Positions 20,072-32,882 of a stretch of 64,000 bases of DNA are shown here, in pieces. The stretch spans positions 207,545 to 271,544 of the forward strand of contig JAEPOO010000002.1 in assembly GCA_017642855.1 (NCBI GenBank), read 5' to 3'. Below the pieces are notes generated by a model that saw nothing but the letters and a program-made list of their open reading frames with translations, made no database searches and had not been told where the DNA came from. A program made the translations under genes and the position numbers. Source of the DNA: Pseudomonadales bacterium (GTDB lineage Bacteria; Pseudomonadota; Gammaproteobacteria; Pseudomonadales; Azotimanducaceae). The first letter of the stretch is position 1, and every line of letters starts with the position of its first letter.

Positions 20072-21946
20072 ATGCTAACGCTAAACAATGTCGCCTTGAG
20101 GCGCGGTGTCGATCTGCTGTTTCAGGAAGCCCGGCTGACCATCCATCGTGGCAACAAGGTTGGGTTAATCGGCGCAAACGGCAGCGGCAAGTCCAGCTTG
20201 TTCCAGGCCATATTGGGCCATCTTGATACCGACCAGGGCGCGATCGATCTACCGGACAATGTGCAAATCGCCCATATGGCACAGGAGGTACCCGGCTCTC
20301 AGGAACTGGCGCTGGATTATGTACTCGCCGGAGATACCCGGTACGTGTCTGTCACGGCAGCACTGAAAGAAGCAGAGGCTTCAGAAGCTTTTGAGGAACT
20401 TGCCGGCCTTCACGAAACGCTGGATGCGATCGATGGCTACAGCGCACCCGCCAGGGCGGCACAGCTGATGTCAGGTCTCGGTTTTCAGCCGGAAGATGCC
20501 CAGCGACCCCTCAATGACTTCTCCGGTGGCTGGCGCATTCGGCTTAACCTTGCTCAAACACTGATGTGTCCATCCGACCTGCTGCTCCTGGATGAGCCCA
20601 CCAACCACCTGGATCTGGACGCGATCATCTGGCTCGCCGAATGGATCGGGAAGTATCCGGGTACCCTGCTGCTGATTTCTCATGACCGGGAGTTCCTGGA
20701 TGAATGTGTGGGTCATATCGCCTACCTCTATGGTGGTACGATTGAACTCTTTACCGGAAACTATTCCGCATTCGAAAAGCTCAAAGCGGAACGGCTGGCA
20801 CTACAACAAAGCAACTACGACAAGCAGCAGCGCGAAATCGCCCATATGCAGGACTTTGTCAGACGCTTTCGTGCCAAGGCAACAAAAGCACGGCAGGCTC
20901 AGAGCCGACTCAAAGCGCTCGAACGTATGGAACTCATCGCGCCTGCACACATCGACTCATCTTTTTCATTCGAGATCAGAACGCAGGAAAAAGTTTCGAC
21001 ACCACTGGTCAGCCTCAGTGATGCAACCCTGGGATATGCGGATGCCGTTCTCAATAACGTCAACCTGACATTCCTGCCTGGCGACCGCATCGGACTCCTG
21101 GGCATCAACGGCGCGGGTAAAAGTACGCTGATCAAAACGCTCAAGGGCGAATTGCCGCTTCTTCGCGGCGATCTGACCAATGGCGCCAACCTCTCGACCG
21201 CCTACTTCTCTCAGCACCAGCTTGATGATCTGATCCTGGAACAAAGCGCCTTGATGCACCTTTATGAGCTCGGCAGGTCTTTGGGAGAACTACCCGGAGA
21301 GCAGGATGCCAGAAACTTTCTCGGTGGATTCAATTTTCACGGTGACAAGGTGCTGGAACCGGTTGACACCTTTTCCGGTGGGGAAAAAGCACGGTTGGCC
21401 TTGGCGCTGATTGCTTACACCAAACCTAATCTTCTATTGATGGACGAGCCGACCAATCACCTGGATATCGAAATGCGGCAAGCCCTGACAATTGCGCTTC
21501 AGAGCTACAGCGGCGCACTGGTGCTGGTTTCTCACGACCGTCACCTGATGACCAACACGGTCGATCAGTTTTTACTGATTTCTGCAGGATACGTTCAGCC
21601 GTTTTCTGGCGACCTGTCAGACTATCGATCCCAGGTCCTGCCGACATCACCATCCGCCGCAGAAACACCAAAATCAAAACCAGATGAAGCATCCGCCAGA
21701 CGCCCAGGCAAGGCCGCCAGGCAGCTACGTACGCGAATCAAGACCATGGATGAACGTATGGCGCGATTGCACCGTAAACTGGATGAAGTGAACGATCAGC
21801 TCGCGAAACCAGACATCTATAACGATCATGAAAACCCCAACCTCCAGACCTTGTTGCGCGATCAGCTCGAACTGCAGGCACAGCTGGAAGCAATGGAAGC
21901 GGAGTGGTTAGAGCTCAGCGAGGCGCTCGAGTCCCTGGAGCCATAG
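20072..21946 (+). CDS. yheS: ABC-F family ATP-binding cassette protein (YheS-like)
   Basis: Two ABC modules (GANGSGKSS and GINGAGKST Walker A; LSGGW/FSGGEK signatures), no TM domain, and a coiled-coil C-terminus. Confidence 0.88.
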   Translation: MLTLNNVALRRGVDLLFQEARLTIHRGNKVGLIGANGSGKSSLFQAILGHLDTDQGAIDLPDNVQIAHMAQEVPGSQELALDYVLAGDTRYVSVTAALKEAEASEAFEELAGLHETLDAIDGYSAPARAAQLMSGLGFQPEDAQRPLNDFSGGWRIRLNLAQTLMCPSDLLLLDEPTNHLDLDAIIWLAEWIGKYPGTLLLISHDREFLDECVGHIAYLYGGTIELFTGNYSAFEKLKAERLALQQSNYDKQQREIAHMQDFVRRFRAKATKARQAQSRLKALERMELIAPAHIDSSFSFEIRTQEKVSTPLVSLSDATLGYADAVLNNVNLTFLPGDRIGLLGINGAGKSTLIKTLKGELPLLRGDLTNGANLSTAYFSQHQLDDLILEQSALMHLYELGRSLGELPGEQDARNFLGGFNFHGDKVLEPVDTFSGGEKARLALALIAYTKPNLLLMDEPTNHLDIEMRQALTIALQSYSGALVLVSHDRHLMTNTVDQFLLISAGYVQPFSGDLSDYRSQVLPTSPSAAETPKSKPDEASARRPGKAARQLRTRIKTMDERMARLHRKLDEVNDQLAKPDIYNDHENPNLQTLLRDQLELQAQLEAMEAEWLELSEALESLEP

Positions 21947-23212
21947 TCAGCTCGCAGCCTGTTTATTCGGGTCTTCTTCCCCTTCGACAACGCTCCTGCC
22001 AAGCGCCGGGAACGCCGGCAGGTCTTCGTCTTCCGGCATCGGCATAAACTGTTTTCTTGCCAACGCAGCTTCGATAAACGGCGCCAATTCCTCTGCCTTT
22101 TTCGCTTCGCGTTCCACCGATCGCGCTTTGAACTCAGGCATCACCTCTGCAGCGAACAATTCCAGGGATTCACAGATGTGTTCGTGTTTGTTCATCCCTG
22201 CCTGTTGAATAAAGGTCACCTGGTCGACCCCTACCGCTTCAAACTTGCGCAGATGCGCTTTCATGTCATCAGGGGTACCAATACCACCACGGGCGCCGGT
22301 GAGTGACTCCGTTATGTCGAGCGGCATTTCCTGGAGTTGTTGCTCGCGAACTTCACGAAACTCTTTAAAAATATCTGTTCGACCCGGTTTGTGAATCCCA
22401 AAGCCATAAAGAAAACCGAGCGCGTAGCTGAAGAATTCAAAGCCCTCGAGCCCACGATCGACCGCCGTCTGCCTGTCGTGGTGTAATGAGAAGCTGGTCA
22501 CCATGGCTATGTTTGCGTTCACCGTGTGACCGATCGGCACACACTCGTCGCTCTTGATAATACTGTAGTACTCGTCGACCCAATGTTTCGCTTCTAACGG
22601 ATCAACAAAGGCGAAAGTCAGCGCACCCATACCCAATCGGGCAGCCATTTTGATGGTATCCCGGTTCGAGCACGCGACCCAAAGCGGCGGGTGTGGCTTC
22701 TGCAGAGGCTTAGGCACAATATTGCGGCAGGGCATATCGAAATACTTGCCGTTGAAGCCAGGATAAGGGTCCATGGCAAGCATGTTGCAAATCTGTTCGG
22801 TGGCTTCGAGGTATTGTTCGCGTTTACTGGAAACCGGAATGTTAAATCCACCAAGCTCAAGAATCGCCGACGACTCACCGGTGCCGAACTCAACTCGACC
22901 ATTGCTCACCAGATCCAGCGTGGCGATGCACTCCGCAGTTCGAGCCGGGTGATTGTAGTTAGCAATGACCTGTCGAATACCATGACCCAGACGAATGTTC
23001 TTGGTCCGTTGGGAAGCTGCGGCAAGAAAGATTTCCGGGGAGGAGGAGTGCGAATATTCCTCGAGGAAGTGATGTTCCACCTCCCAGGCATAATCGATGC
23101 CCAGGCGATCCGCCAGTTCAACCTGGTCCAGCGCATCCTGGAACAGTTTCTGTTCCAGACCTTCTGTCCAGGGCTTAGGGAGCTGGTGTTCGTAAAAGAT
23201 CCCAAATTTCAT
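21947..23212 (-). CDS. LLM-class (LuxA-like) flavin-dependent monooxygenase
   Basis: Start at ATG 23212 (MKFGIFYEHQLPKPW...YAWEVEHHFLEEYSHSS), the bacterial-luciferase family N-terminus. Lies 10 nt after the upstream stop. Confidence 0.85.
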   Translation of the reverse strand: MKFGIFYEHQLPKPWTEGLEQKLFQDALDQVELADRLGIDYAWEVEHHFLEEYSHSSSPEIFLAAASQRTKNIRLGHGIRQVIANYNHPARTAECIATLDLVSNGRVEFGTGESSAILELGGFNIPVSSKREQYLEATEQICNMLAMDPYPGFNGKYFDMPCRNIVPKPLQKPHPPLWVACSNRDTIKMAARLGMGALTFAFVDPLEAKHWVDEYYSIIKSDECVPIGHTVNANIAMVTSFSLHHDRQTAVDRGLEGFEFFSYALGFLYGFGIHKPGRTDIFKEFREVREQQLQEMPLDITESLTGARGGIGTPDDMKAHLRKFEAVGVDQVTFIQQAGMNKHEHICESLELFAAEVMPEFKARSVEREAKKAEELAPFIEAALARKQFMPMPEDEDLPAFPALGRSVVEGEEDPNKQAAS

Positions 23213-23222
23213 CTTCGTCCAC

Positions 23223-24250
23223 CTAGGCTGCCTGCTGTTCGAGCGCCAGAGATTCAAACTCGCGATAGACACTGGCGCCATCAGGCAGCTTCAATACAAG
23301 TTCCTTCATAGCCGCCATATTCGCCGGCCTCTGGCTTTCATGCATTTCTACCGCATGCCAGTGAACCATCTTTTCCCAGACGGGATCCAGAATGTCCGCA
23401 CCTGACACTTGATCGCCATCAACGGTTTTAATCGTAAAACTGCGGAACTCAGAGATTGCTGCGCGAAGCCAGGCAACATGCACAGACTCGTCCATGCGGA
23501 TGCGGTTAATCAATTCGACGGCGTGGGCAGCCTCTCGGGGTTTATCCTCAAAGGTGTCGTCCGAGGCAATGACGCGCTCATAGAAGTCAAAGGCGCGTTC
23601 GGCCCGTACTTCAATCATCAGGAGATTCATCAGAAAAGAAATCATCATTTCGTGTTCCGGTGGCAACTGCGCCATTTCCCTTTCCGGTTTTTCACGCCCA
23701 ATGCTCGCCGGCGCTTCGGGAATAGGAAACTTGTCTTTACCAAAGATCAGATCTCTCGCGGCAAACCACATGATGTCGTGACCCCCGACACCCGATTCAG
23801 GCACACCACCTTCATCCCAACCATGACTGGTGAGTAACCCCTTATTCATATGACCAAGGGCTGTTTCTGAAATGTCTTGAACAATAATCTCCTGGAAATC
23901 CGGTGCCGTGACTTCCGCGAGCGCTTTTCCTCTCGCTTCGATCAGGCCCGTGATCGTTAACGAGTCCCAGAAAGACTGTTCAATGCCGTGTTTCAGTAAA
24001 AGAATTTGCTGCGGTACATTCGGAAAGTTAGGTTCAGTGAGAAGCTCTGTCGTTGCTTCGACAATTTCCACGTCTCTTTCATGGAGCTGCTGCTGCCAGG
24101 CATTAATCGCGTCCCATCGATGTTTGGTTCTGGGAGATAGATAGTGCCCTTCCTGATTGAATCCGCCATGAAGTTTTAAGCCGCACTCAACGTGTGGTGT
24201 CGTGTACTCGTTTTCTGCTTCCAGTTCTTGTTTTGTGTAAACCAGTTTGC

Positions 24251-24254
<4 letters not shown>
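23223..24254 (-). CDS. hypothetical protein (343 aa), family not recognised
   Basis: Clean ORF whose ATG overlaps the tetR stop (ATGA). Helical C-terminal half with two ExxH motifs (EAAH, ESVH). Coding is supported by operon packing only. Confidence 0.6.
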
Positions 24255-26204
<1,950 letters not shown>

Positions 26205-26296
26205 GAATCACATATATTCGTCACTCCGCTCTGGAAAAAACACCAACCGGCTATATACTTCTCCTTAACCTATTCACGTATTTTCGGAGACCCCTA

Positions 26297-26620
26297 ATGG
26301 CAGATATCCAACACGTGTCTGATGACTCTTTTGACTCAGACGTATTGAACTCAGACGTACCAGTACTCGTTGACTACTGGGCTGAGTGGTGTGGCCCCTG
26401 TAAAGTCATTGCGCCAGTGTTGGAGGAGATTGCCGTTGAGTACGACGGCAAGATGAAAGTCTGTAAACTCGACATTGATGCTAACGAAGTCACTCCGCCG
26501 AAGTACGGCATCCGGGGTATTCCCACGCTGATGCTGTTCAAAAACGGCAACGTTGAAGCGACCAAAGTTGGTGCACTGTCCAAATCGCAGCTGACGGCAT
26601 TCCTGGACAGCAATATCTGA
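26297..26620 (+). CDS. trxA: thioredoxin
   Basis: ATG 26297 preceded by [19 protein letters not shown] active site. 107 aa. Confidence 0.95.
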   Translation: MADIQHVSDDSFDSDVLNSDVPVLVDYWAEWCGPCKVIAPVLEEIAVEYDGKMKVCKLDIDANEVTPPKYGIRGIPTLMLFKNGNVEATKVGALSKSQLTAFLDSNI

Positions 26621-26646
26621 TTTTCCTTAAAGTCCAGATAAAGATA

Positions 26647-26678
26647 AGGCCGCCTGCGCAATATTGGCGGCCTTTTTC
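26647..26678 (+). terminator. rho-independent terminator after trxA
   Basis: AGGCCGCC - 11-nt loop - GGCGGCCT followed by TTTTT. Confidence 0.8.
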
Positions 26679-26902
26679 GTTAAAAATTGTTGACAACCTT
26701 TCCAAAACATATCATTTTTACACCCGCAATATCTGATGGTCAGGCGTAGAACCATCCGCCGTTCTACTACTCCTCCCCGACGATCCAAAAAACCCAACAA
26801 ACATTTAGAACATTAGCTTAGAAAAACAGCTTTCTAATCAAATCCTAACAAGTTTCATACGGCGCGCTTCGTGCCACCTTCCAAACATCTACAAGTGAGT
26901 TT

Positions 26903-28162
26903 ATGAATCTAACTGATCTTAAAACCAAACCCATACCCGAACTTCTCGAGATTGCAAAAGAGATGGGCATGGATAACCTCGGCCGTTCTCGCAAACAGGA
27001 GATCATCGCAAGCGTCCTGCGCAAGCACGCAAAATCAGGCGAAGCGATCTATGGCGACGGCACTCTGGAAATTCTTCAGGATGGTTTCGGTTTCCTTCGC
27101 TCTCCTGACAGTTCTTACCTGGCCGGTCCTGACGACATCTATGTATCACCTAGCCAGATCAGACGGTTTAACCTTCGAACCGGTGACACGGTGTCAGGCA
27201 AAATCCGTCCGCCAAAAGACAGCGAACGTTACTTCGCGCTGCTCAAAGTTGATCAGATCAACTTCACGGACCCCGGCGAAAGCAAAAACAAGATTCTCTT
27301 CGAAAACCTCACGCCACTGTTCCCCGATGAAGGACTGGCACTGGAAGCAGGTAACGGAAGTACCGAGGACTTGACAGCAAGAATCATTGACCTGACCGCA
27401 CCCATTGGTAAAGGCCAGCGTGCATTAATCGTTTCACCACCTAAAGCCGGTAAAACTTTGATTCTTCAGAACGTTGCGCAATCCATTATGCGTAACAATC
27501 CTGAGTGTCACCTGATCGTTCTGTTGATTGATGAACGTCCTGAAGAGGTGACAGAAATGCAGAGATCCGTCCGAGGCGAAGTGGTAGCCAGCACATTTGA
27601 TGAACCACCTTCCCGTCACGTTCAGGTCGCCGAGATGGTGATTGAAAAAGCCAAACGGCTGGTTGAACACAAGACCGACGTGGTCATTCTTCTCGACTCC
27701 ATCACGCGACTCGCCCGTGCATACAACACGGTCATTCCTGCGTCCGGTAAGGTACTGACCGGTGGTGTCGACGCCCACGCACTTGAAAGACCCAAGCGGT
27801 TCTTCGGTGCAGCTCGTAATATTGAAGAAGGTGGAAGTCTCTCAATCATCGCAACCTGTCTGATCGACACAGGTTCGAAGATGGACGAAGTTATCTACGA
27901 GGAGTTCAAGGGTACAGGTAACCTCGAACTGCATCTCGAAAGAAAGATTGCCGAGAAGCGTGTTTACCCGGCGATTAATATCCGTCGTTCGGGTACCCGT
28001 CGTGAGGATCTGCTGATGTCCGAGGAAGAACTCCAGAAGGTATGGATTCTCAGAAAAATCCTGCATGACATGGACGATCTTGCCGCTATCGAGTTCCTGC
28101 TTGAGCGCATGAAGAAGACCAAGACGAACGAAGAGTTCTTCGCTTCGATGAAGCGCAAGTAA
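26903..28162 (+). CDS. rho: transcription termination factor Rho
   Basis: 419 aa. [25 protein letters not shown]-like GFGFLR, and Walker A PPKAGKT. Confidence 0.98.
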   Translation: MNLTDLKTKPIPELLEIAKEMGMDNLGRSRKQEIIASVLRKHAKSGEAIYGDGTLEILQDGFGFLRSPDSSYLAGPDDIYVSPSQIRRFNLRTGDTVSGKIRPPKDSERYFALLKVDQINFTDPGESKNKILFENLTPLFPDEGLALEAGNGSTEDLTARIIDLTAPIGKGQRALIVSPPKAGKTLILQNVAQSIMRNNPECHLIVLLIDERPEEVTEMQRSVRGEVVASTFDEPPSRHVQVAEMVIEKAKRLVEHKTDVVILLDSITRLARAYNTVIPASGKVLTGGVDAHALERPKRFFGAARNIEEGGSLSIIATCLIDTGSKMDEVIYEEFKGTGNLELHLERKIAEKRVYPAINIRRSGTRREDLLMSEEELQKVWILRKILHDMDDLAAIEFLLERMKKTKTNEEFFASMKRK

Positions 28163-28188
28163 ACGCAACAAAAAGGATTCTGCCCGCT

Positions 28189-28908
28189 GTGAAGCAGATC
28201 ACCTGCCCAATAGCCTCTATTGATTGGTACAACGAGGACACCCGCCGGGTGCTCCTCGATCTGCCTTCCGGTGAAGACGTCAACTTTAATGCTGGCCAGT
28301 ATCTGCAAATGGTTCTCCCGGAAAAGAAGTGTCCTTTTTCTATCGCCAGCGCACCACATCTAAAGCACCAGCTTGAGCTGCATATTCGGCCAACACCCGG
28401 TTCGGATGACTCTGCACTGATTGAAGCACTGCTGGATTCCGCGAGCGAGATCACCATCGAGGCACCGCTGGGCGACTGCTTCCTGGCGGAGAAACCTAAT
28501 CATCCATTGATTCTGCTTGCTGCGAGCACTGGCATTACGCAGATGAAAAGCATCATTGAATATTTGGCACCGACAGGTTTCGACCACCCTGTGTATCTTT
28601 ATTGGGGGGTGCTTTCAGACAAAGATCTTTATCTCTCCGCACTGTGTCAGTCCTGGGCCGATCACTACGACAACTTCCACTTCATACCCGTTGTCAGTGA
28701 ACCAGACACGTCACCAGACTGGCAGGGTCGGACTGGCCTGGTGGGCGAAGCGGCCCTTTCCGACATTGAAGACGTCTCGACAGCGACCGTGTTTGTGTCC
28801 GGCGGGCCTGCCATGGTTTACGCCACACTCGATGCGTTTATGGAACGCGGCATGCCAGAGGCTAATATGAAGTCGGATATTTTTTCTTACGCGCCGCGAA
28901 GCAAATAG
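28189..28908 (+). CDS. fre: NAD(P)H-flavin reductase (Fre-like ferredoxin-NADP reductase family)
   Basis: GTG start. FAD-binding PFSIAS and NAD-binding LLAASTGITQMKS motifs. 239 aa. Confidence 0.8.
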   Translation: MKQITCPIASIDWYNEDTRRVLLDLPSGEDVNFNAGQYLQMVLPEKKCPFSIASAPHLKHQLELHIRPTPGSDDSALIEALLDSASEITIEAPLGDCFLAEKPNHPLILLAASTGITQMKSIIEYLAPTGFDHPVYLYWGVLSDKDLYLSALCQSWADHYDNFHFIPVVSEPDTSPDWQGRTGLVGEAALSDIEDVSTATVFVSGGPAMVYATLDAFMERGMPEANMKSDIFSYAPRSK

Positions 28909-28992
28909 GCTCTTCTACGGCCGTCTAAAGCACGGTTTTCCCCTCGGAACCTTGATCAGTCCTACACGATCAATCCACGTCACGCTGAGGGC

Positions 28993-30105
28993 TCACCGCG
29001 AGACTTCGTATGCTCGCTGAAATTCGCCCAACGCGGCGTGAGCTTCTGCCAGTTTCGCGTTCGCATCAAAACCCAGCGCCTGAGATCGACCCAAGAATTG
29101 TTTCGCCAGATTATGGTCACCTGCAGCCAGGTGCAGACAGCCAAGGCAGTAATGCAGGGCCGCATCGTCCGGATGTTGCCTTAGCCACTTATCAGCCTGC
29201 TTGATTCGATACACAAGCGTGGCGTCATCTGCCATGCCATACAGGGCTAGCAATTCGGACTGCCAGGACTTCTTGATGGCCGCTCGTAAAACAGGTTCAG
29301 CGTGAGCGCGGTCAGATAAATTCAGGGTGTAGGCAGAGATGACCGAAGTGTCCTGCCGTGTATCCGCTGACAGAGACTTGAAGAGTTCATTCAACGCACC
29401 GTTGTCATCTTTCCAATACGATAATCCTCGTATCGCCGCTTCCCTTTCTAGTCCTTCTGCCGCACCTGCTTTCTTGAGTTCAGGCAATCGTTTGAGAATT
29501 TCCCGCCAATCCCCCTTTTTCAGCAAAGCACGTCTGGTCAGAAACGCGACGTGAGGATTGGACTTGACGGATTCTAATGCGATCAGTGCGCCCTCAGGGT
29601 CACCGCGCATTAATGCCAACTCAGCGGTGACCACAGAACGGGCTCTTCCAAGTTTGCTATCGCTTTCTTCGGCTAATCTGAGATACGTCTCGCGGCTTTC
29701 ATCATCTCCTGCATCATTGGCTGCCCTGGCTGCCGCCAGATAATTAATGCCATCCGAAGAATCGCCTTTGATTCCGCTATCAAGGAATTTTCGCGCACGC
29801 TCGAATTCGCCCTCGGCAAGGAGGGTGAATCCCTTTTGCGAGAGTTCATTCGCCCGCGTTTCCGCCCGGTCCGCTCGCCAACCTTGAACCATGCTGCCGC
29901 TGCGCATAAACAAGCGCCACAACCTGAGCAGGCAATAGACGCCTGCAGAAAACGCAGCGATCAAACCAAGCATGATCCAAAAACTCGTTTGCAGCGAATA
30001 GTCCCGATAAGTGATCAATACATAGCCCGGGTCACGGTCGATGACCGTACCTAGATAACCGAATAGAACTACAACGACAAGGAGAAGAAAGAGAAAACGC
30101 TTCAC
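28993..30105 (-). CDS. hemY: heme biosynthesis protein HemY (TPR membrane protein)
   Basis: N-terminal TM pair plus TPR body. Last gene of the hemCDXY block. Confidence 0.85.
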   Translation of the reverse strand: MKRFLFLLLVVVVLFGYLGTVIDRDPGYVLITYRDYSLQTSFWIMLGLIAAFSAGVYCLLRLWRLFMRSGSMVQGWRADRAETRANELSQKGFTLLAEGEFERARKFLDSGIKGDSSDGINYLAAARAANDAGDDESRETYLRLAEESDSKLGRARSVVTAELALMRGDPEGALIALESVKSNPHVAFLTRRALLKKGDWREILKRLPELKKAGAAEGLEREAAIRGLSYWKDDNGALNELFKSLSADTRQDTSVISAYTLNLSDRAHAEPVLRAAIKKSWQSELLALYGMADDATLVYRIKQADKWLRQHPDDAALHYCLGCLHLAAGDHNLAKQFLGRSQALGFDANAKLAEAHAALGEFQRAYEVSR

Positions 30106-31166
30106 TTAACCCCGGCTCCCTTGAGCGCGCCGACGCGATTTCTTGCTGCAACAAGTGAGCCCGAGATGTCCGGTAAAGCAATTTCAACATTCACTTCTGA
30201 AAGTCGAACGAGAGATTCCTGCATGGCAATCGATGCAGCGTCTGCGGGATCAAAAGCATCCGAAATCCACTCTGAGGCTTCCTCAATAGCGGATCGATAC
30301 ACCGCTTCATCCCCTTCAAGCAATGCCAACTGCGCCATTTGCAGCTTGAGTATGAGATTCTGCCTCAGATAGTAGGCCTCCTTTGGCGGCAATATCGGCT
30401 GCACTTTTACGGTGCCGCGCCGGAAGTCGACCAATGAGGCTAAACGGGCACCAATGTCCTGGAACAGGGTCAGCACCTCGTTCCAGAGTCCTGGCGCCAC
30501 GGTGGCTTCCTCCACTGGTGCTTCGTTAAGCGCGTAGCTCGGCGTGATCCGTTTCAGCGAATCCACCTGGCCAACTAAAGCACTCAGTTCCAGATAAATA
30601 CCCTGGGTGTCCGGCGCACTGACAGATTTCAGGGCGGCAATATCTCGAGCCAAGGACTCTCTGAGCTCATGAGCCACCAAACCTTCCGCTTCACGGATGA
30701 TGTCATCCGCAGACTGAAGCAGATAAAGTGCTGACGTGGCATCTCGCTCCATCAGAACGCGTTGATTCGCCATCCGAACCAGGTATTCAACTTCAGCGTA
30801 AATCCAGTCCTGTGCACTGGTTCCCAATCGACTTCGGATGTCATCCAACTCACGACCTATCTCACTGCGAAGGTCGTCCGAGGATGCACCTGCCTCAACT
30901 CGGGCAGATATCTCCGCCAGCTGACTGTCAACGCTCATCAATGAGCCCTCCAATCTCGACACCTGGCTCCGCAGTTGATCCAGTTCCGCTGATGTCGTAT
31001 CCACTATTTCAATAACAGGTTCAGACAGTTGCCGATAAGTTTCATAGGCGGGGTAGGAGGCAACACCAATCGCGACCAGGGCCAGAAAGATGGCGAGGCC
31101 ACCGCCCATACCCCCGGATGATTTTGGCGTGCTATCTGAATCAGCTAAATTTGAATCGTCTGACAT
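30102..31166 (-). CDS. hemX: HemX (uroporphyrinogen-III C-methyltransferase-like membrane protein)
   Basis: Single TM helix after a Ser/Gly-rich N-terminus and a coiled-coil body. Positioned between hemD and hemY. Confidence 0.85.
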   Translation of the reverse strand: MSDDSNLADSDSTPKSSGGMGGGLAIFLALVAIGVASYPAYETYRQLSEPVIEIVDTTSAELDQLRSQVSRLEGSLMSVDSQLAEISARVEAGASSDDLRSEIGRELDDIRSRLGTSAQDWIYAEVEYLVRMANQRVLMERDATSALYLLQSADDIIREAEGLVAHELRESLARDIAALKSVSAPDTQGIYLELSALVGQVDSLKRITPSYALNEAPVEEATVAPGLWNEVLTLFQDIGARLASLVDFRRGTVKVQPILPPKEAYYLRQNLILKLQMAQLALLEGDEAVYRSAIEEASEWISDAFDPADAASIAMQESLVRLSEVNVEIALPDISGSLVAARNRVGALKGAGVK

Positions 31167-31169
31167 CTG

Positions 31170-31886
31170 TTACTTACTACCAACACTAACAACCGCATCA
31201 TACAACGCCTGCTCTGAAGCGCCACGTGCATTTAGCACCCGGCCAAAACCCTGCTGAACCGCGAGCGCTTCGATTCGCTCTGAGGGTACAATCAGATTCA
31301 GCTTGCCCTGTTTTCCCTCCAACTGTTCAAGCGCGCTTTGCATAATCTCTGCACTGGTTGCCACCAGAATGGATCCCGCATCAATATCCTTTAGCAGGGG
31401 CTGAGGCACAGGAGTTCGTTCATAACTTTCAAAATAGTGCACATCAGCACCACGTTGAGTCAGCTCAGTCGCAAGCAGTTCACGGCCCCCACTGCCTCGA
31501 GCAATCAGAATGCGGTGCCCGTCAACTTTCCGCAATTCCTCCAGCGCGAGCAATCCTTCACTACCTGCGGTCTGGGGGAAACTCGCCTGCACGCCGAAAG
31601 GTGCCAGCGCCTGTGCTGTTCCTACACCGACCGCGAGCCACTTCAGCTTGAGCGGCCACTGCGACCAGTAACTTTCGAGATGGGGCATTGCAAACTTTAC
31701 AGCGCTTTTACTGACAAAAATGATCTCGTCGAACAGGTCCAGATCTGTTGCCGTTTTCTTCATGGATTCTGTCAGGGCCGTACCCGACAGTTTTATTAAG
31801 GGAAGTATCGTGACGTCAAACTCTGAAAGACGCGCGGCCAGACCTTCATTCTCTCCTTGCGGTCTTGTCAGTATGACTTTAGCCAT
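31170..31886 (-). CDS. hemD: uroporphyrinogen-III synthase
   Basis: 238 aa, MAKVILTRPQGENEGLAARL. Lies immediately downstream of hemC. Confidence 0.88.
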   Translation of the reverse strand: MAKVILTRPQGENEGLAARLSEFDVTILPLIKLSGTALTESMKKTATDLDLFDEIIFVSKSAVKFAMPHLESYWSQWPLKLKWLAVGVGTAQALAPFGVQASFPQTAGSEGLLALEELRKVDGHRILIARGSGGRELLATELTQRGADVHYFESYERTPVPQPLLKDIDAGSILVATSAEIMQSALEQLEGKQGKLNLIVPSERIEALAVQQGFGRVLNARGASEQALYDAVVSVGSK

Positions 31887-31889
31887 GGA

Positions 31890-32804
31890 CTAGGAAGACT
31901 CGATTAAAGCCGCTGCGCCTTGGTCAAGCAGTTTCTGGCCCAACGTCTTTGCCAAAGCGCTTGCCTCATTAACGGGACCTTCCCGATGTTCTCTAATCAC
32001 CTGGCTTCCTTGGGTGTCTGAAACGTAAGCCGCCAGCTGCAAGGTGTCTTCAGAAATTTCTGCGAATACGGCAATCGGCAGGTTGCAGGTCGCGCCCAAC
32101 ATCAGTGTGACCTCACGCTCAGCGCTGACACAATGCCAGGTGGTGGGGTGATTAATGGCTGTAAGTAAGGACTTTGTCGACTCATCGCCAGCTCTGCACT
32201 CGATGCCCACGGCACCTTGACCCGCCGCCGGAATAGACACTTTTGGATGAATCGCATCTGCGACACGATCTGACAAACCTAACCGTTGCAGGCCAGCGAC
32301 AGCGAGGATAATCGCGTCATACTGACCTTCATCCAGCTTACGCAACCGCGTATCGACATTGCCGCGAAGCTCCTGAAACTCAAGCCCGGGGAATGCGGCT
32401 TTTAACTGCAACACACGACGCAGGCTTGAAGAACCCACACGGGCACCATCGGGAAGTTCAGCCATGGTCGAGTAGTTGTTGGAGACAAAAGCGTCTCTCG
32501 GATCAGCCCGTTCCACCATCGCCGCAATCTCCAGGCCTTGCGGCAGCTCACCGGGCACATCTTTCATGGAATGCACGGCAATATCGACTGAGCCATCAAA
32601 AAGCGCCGTTTCGAGCTCTTTCACGAATACGCCTTTGCCACCCATCTGACTGAGAGGGGATACCTTATTGCGGTCACCTTCTGTCGTCATACCGACGATT
32701 TGGCAGGTCAGCTCGTCATGAGCGCCTTCCAGCAACGTCTTCACATGGTTCGCCTGCCAGAGGGCGAGGGCACTCTCACGAGTTGCAATTCGGATCGTTT
32801 TCAT
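31890..32804 (-). CDS. hemC: hydroxymethylbilane synthase (porphobilinogen deaminase)
   Basis: IRIATRESALALWQANHV, GNVDTRLRKLDEGQYDAIILA, and the cofactor Cys region. Confidence 0.95.
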   Translation of the reverse strand: MKTIRIATRESALALWQANHVKTLLEGAHDELTCQIVGMTTEGDRNKVSPLSQMGGKGVFVKELETALFDGSVDIAVHSMKDVPGELPQGLEIAAMVERADPRDAFVSNNYSTMAELPDGARVGSSSLRRVLQLKAAFPGLEFQELRGNVDTRLRKLDEGQYDAIILAVAGLQRLGLSDRVADAIHPKVSIPAAGQGAVGIECRAGDESTKSLLTAINHPTTWHCVSAEREVTLMLGATCNLPIAVFAEISEDTLQLAAYVSDTQGSQVIREHREGPVNEASALAKTLGQKLLDQGAAALIESS

Positions 32805-32829
32805 GGGGCGAACATTAGCAGAACAGGAT

Positions 32830-32852
32830 AAAAAAAGGCGACCGAAGTCGCC
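32830..32852 (-). terminator. rho-independent terminator between algR and hemC
   Basis: The minus strand reads GGCGAC-TTCG-GTCGCC followed by T7. Confidence 0.7.
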
Positions 32853-32882
32853 TTTAGTACTGCTTGCTGCTTTGGGGGGAAT

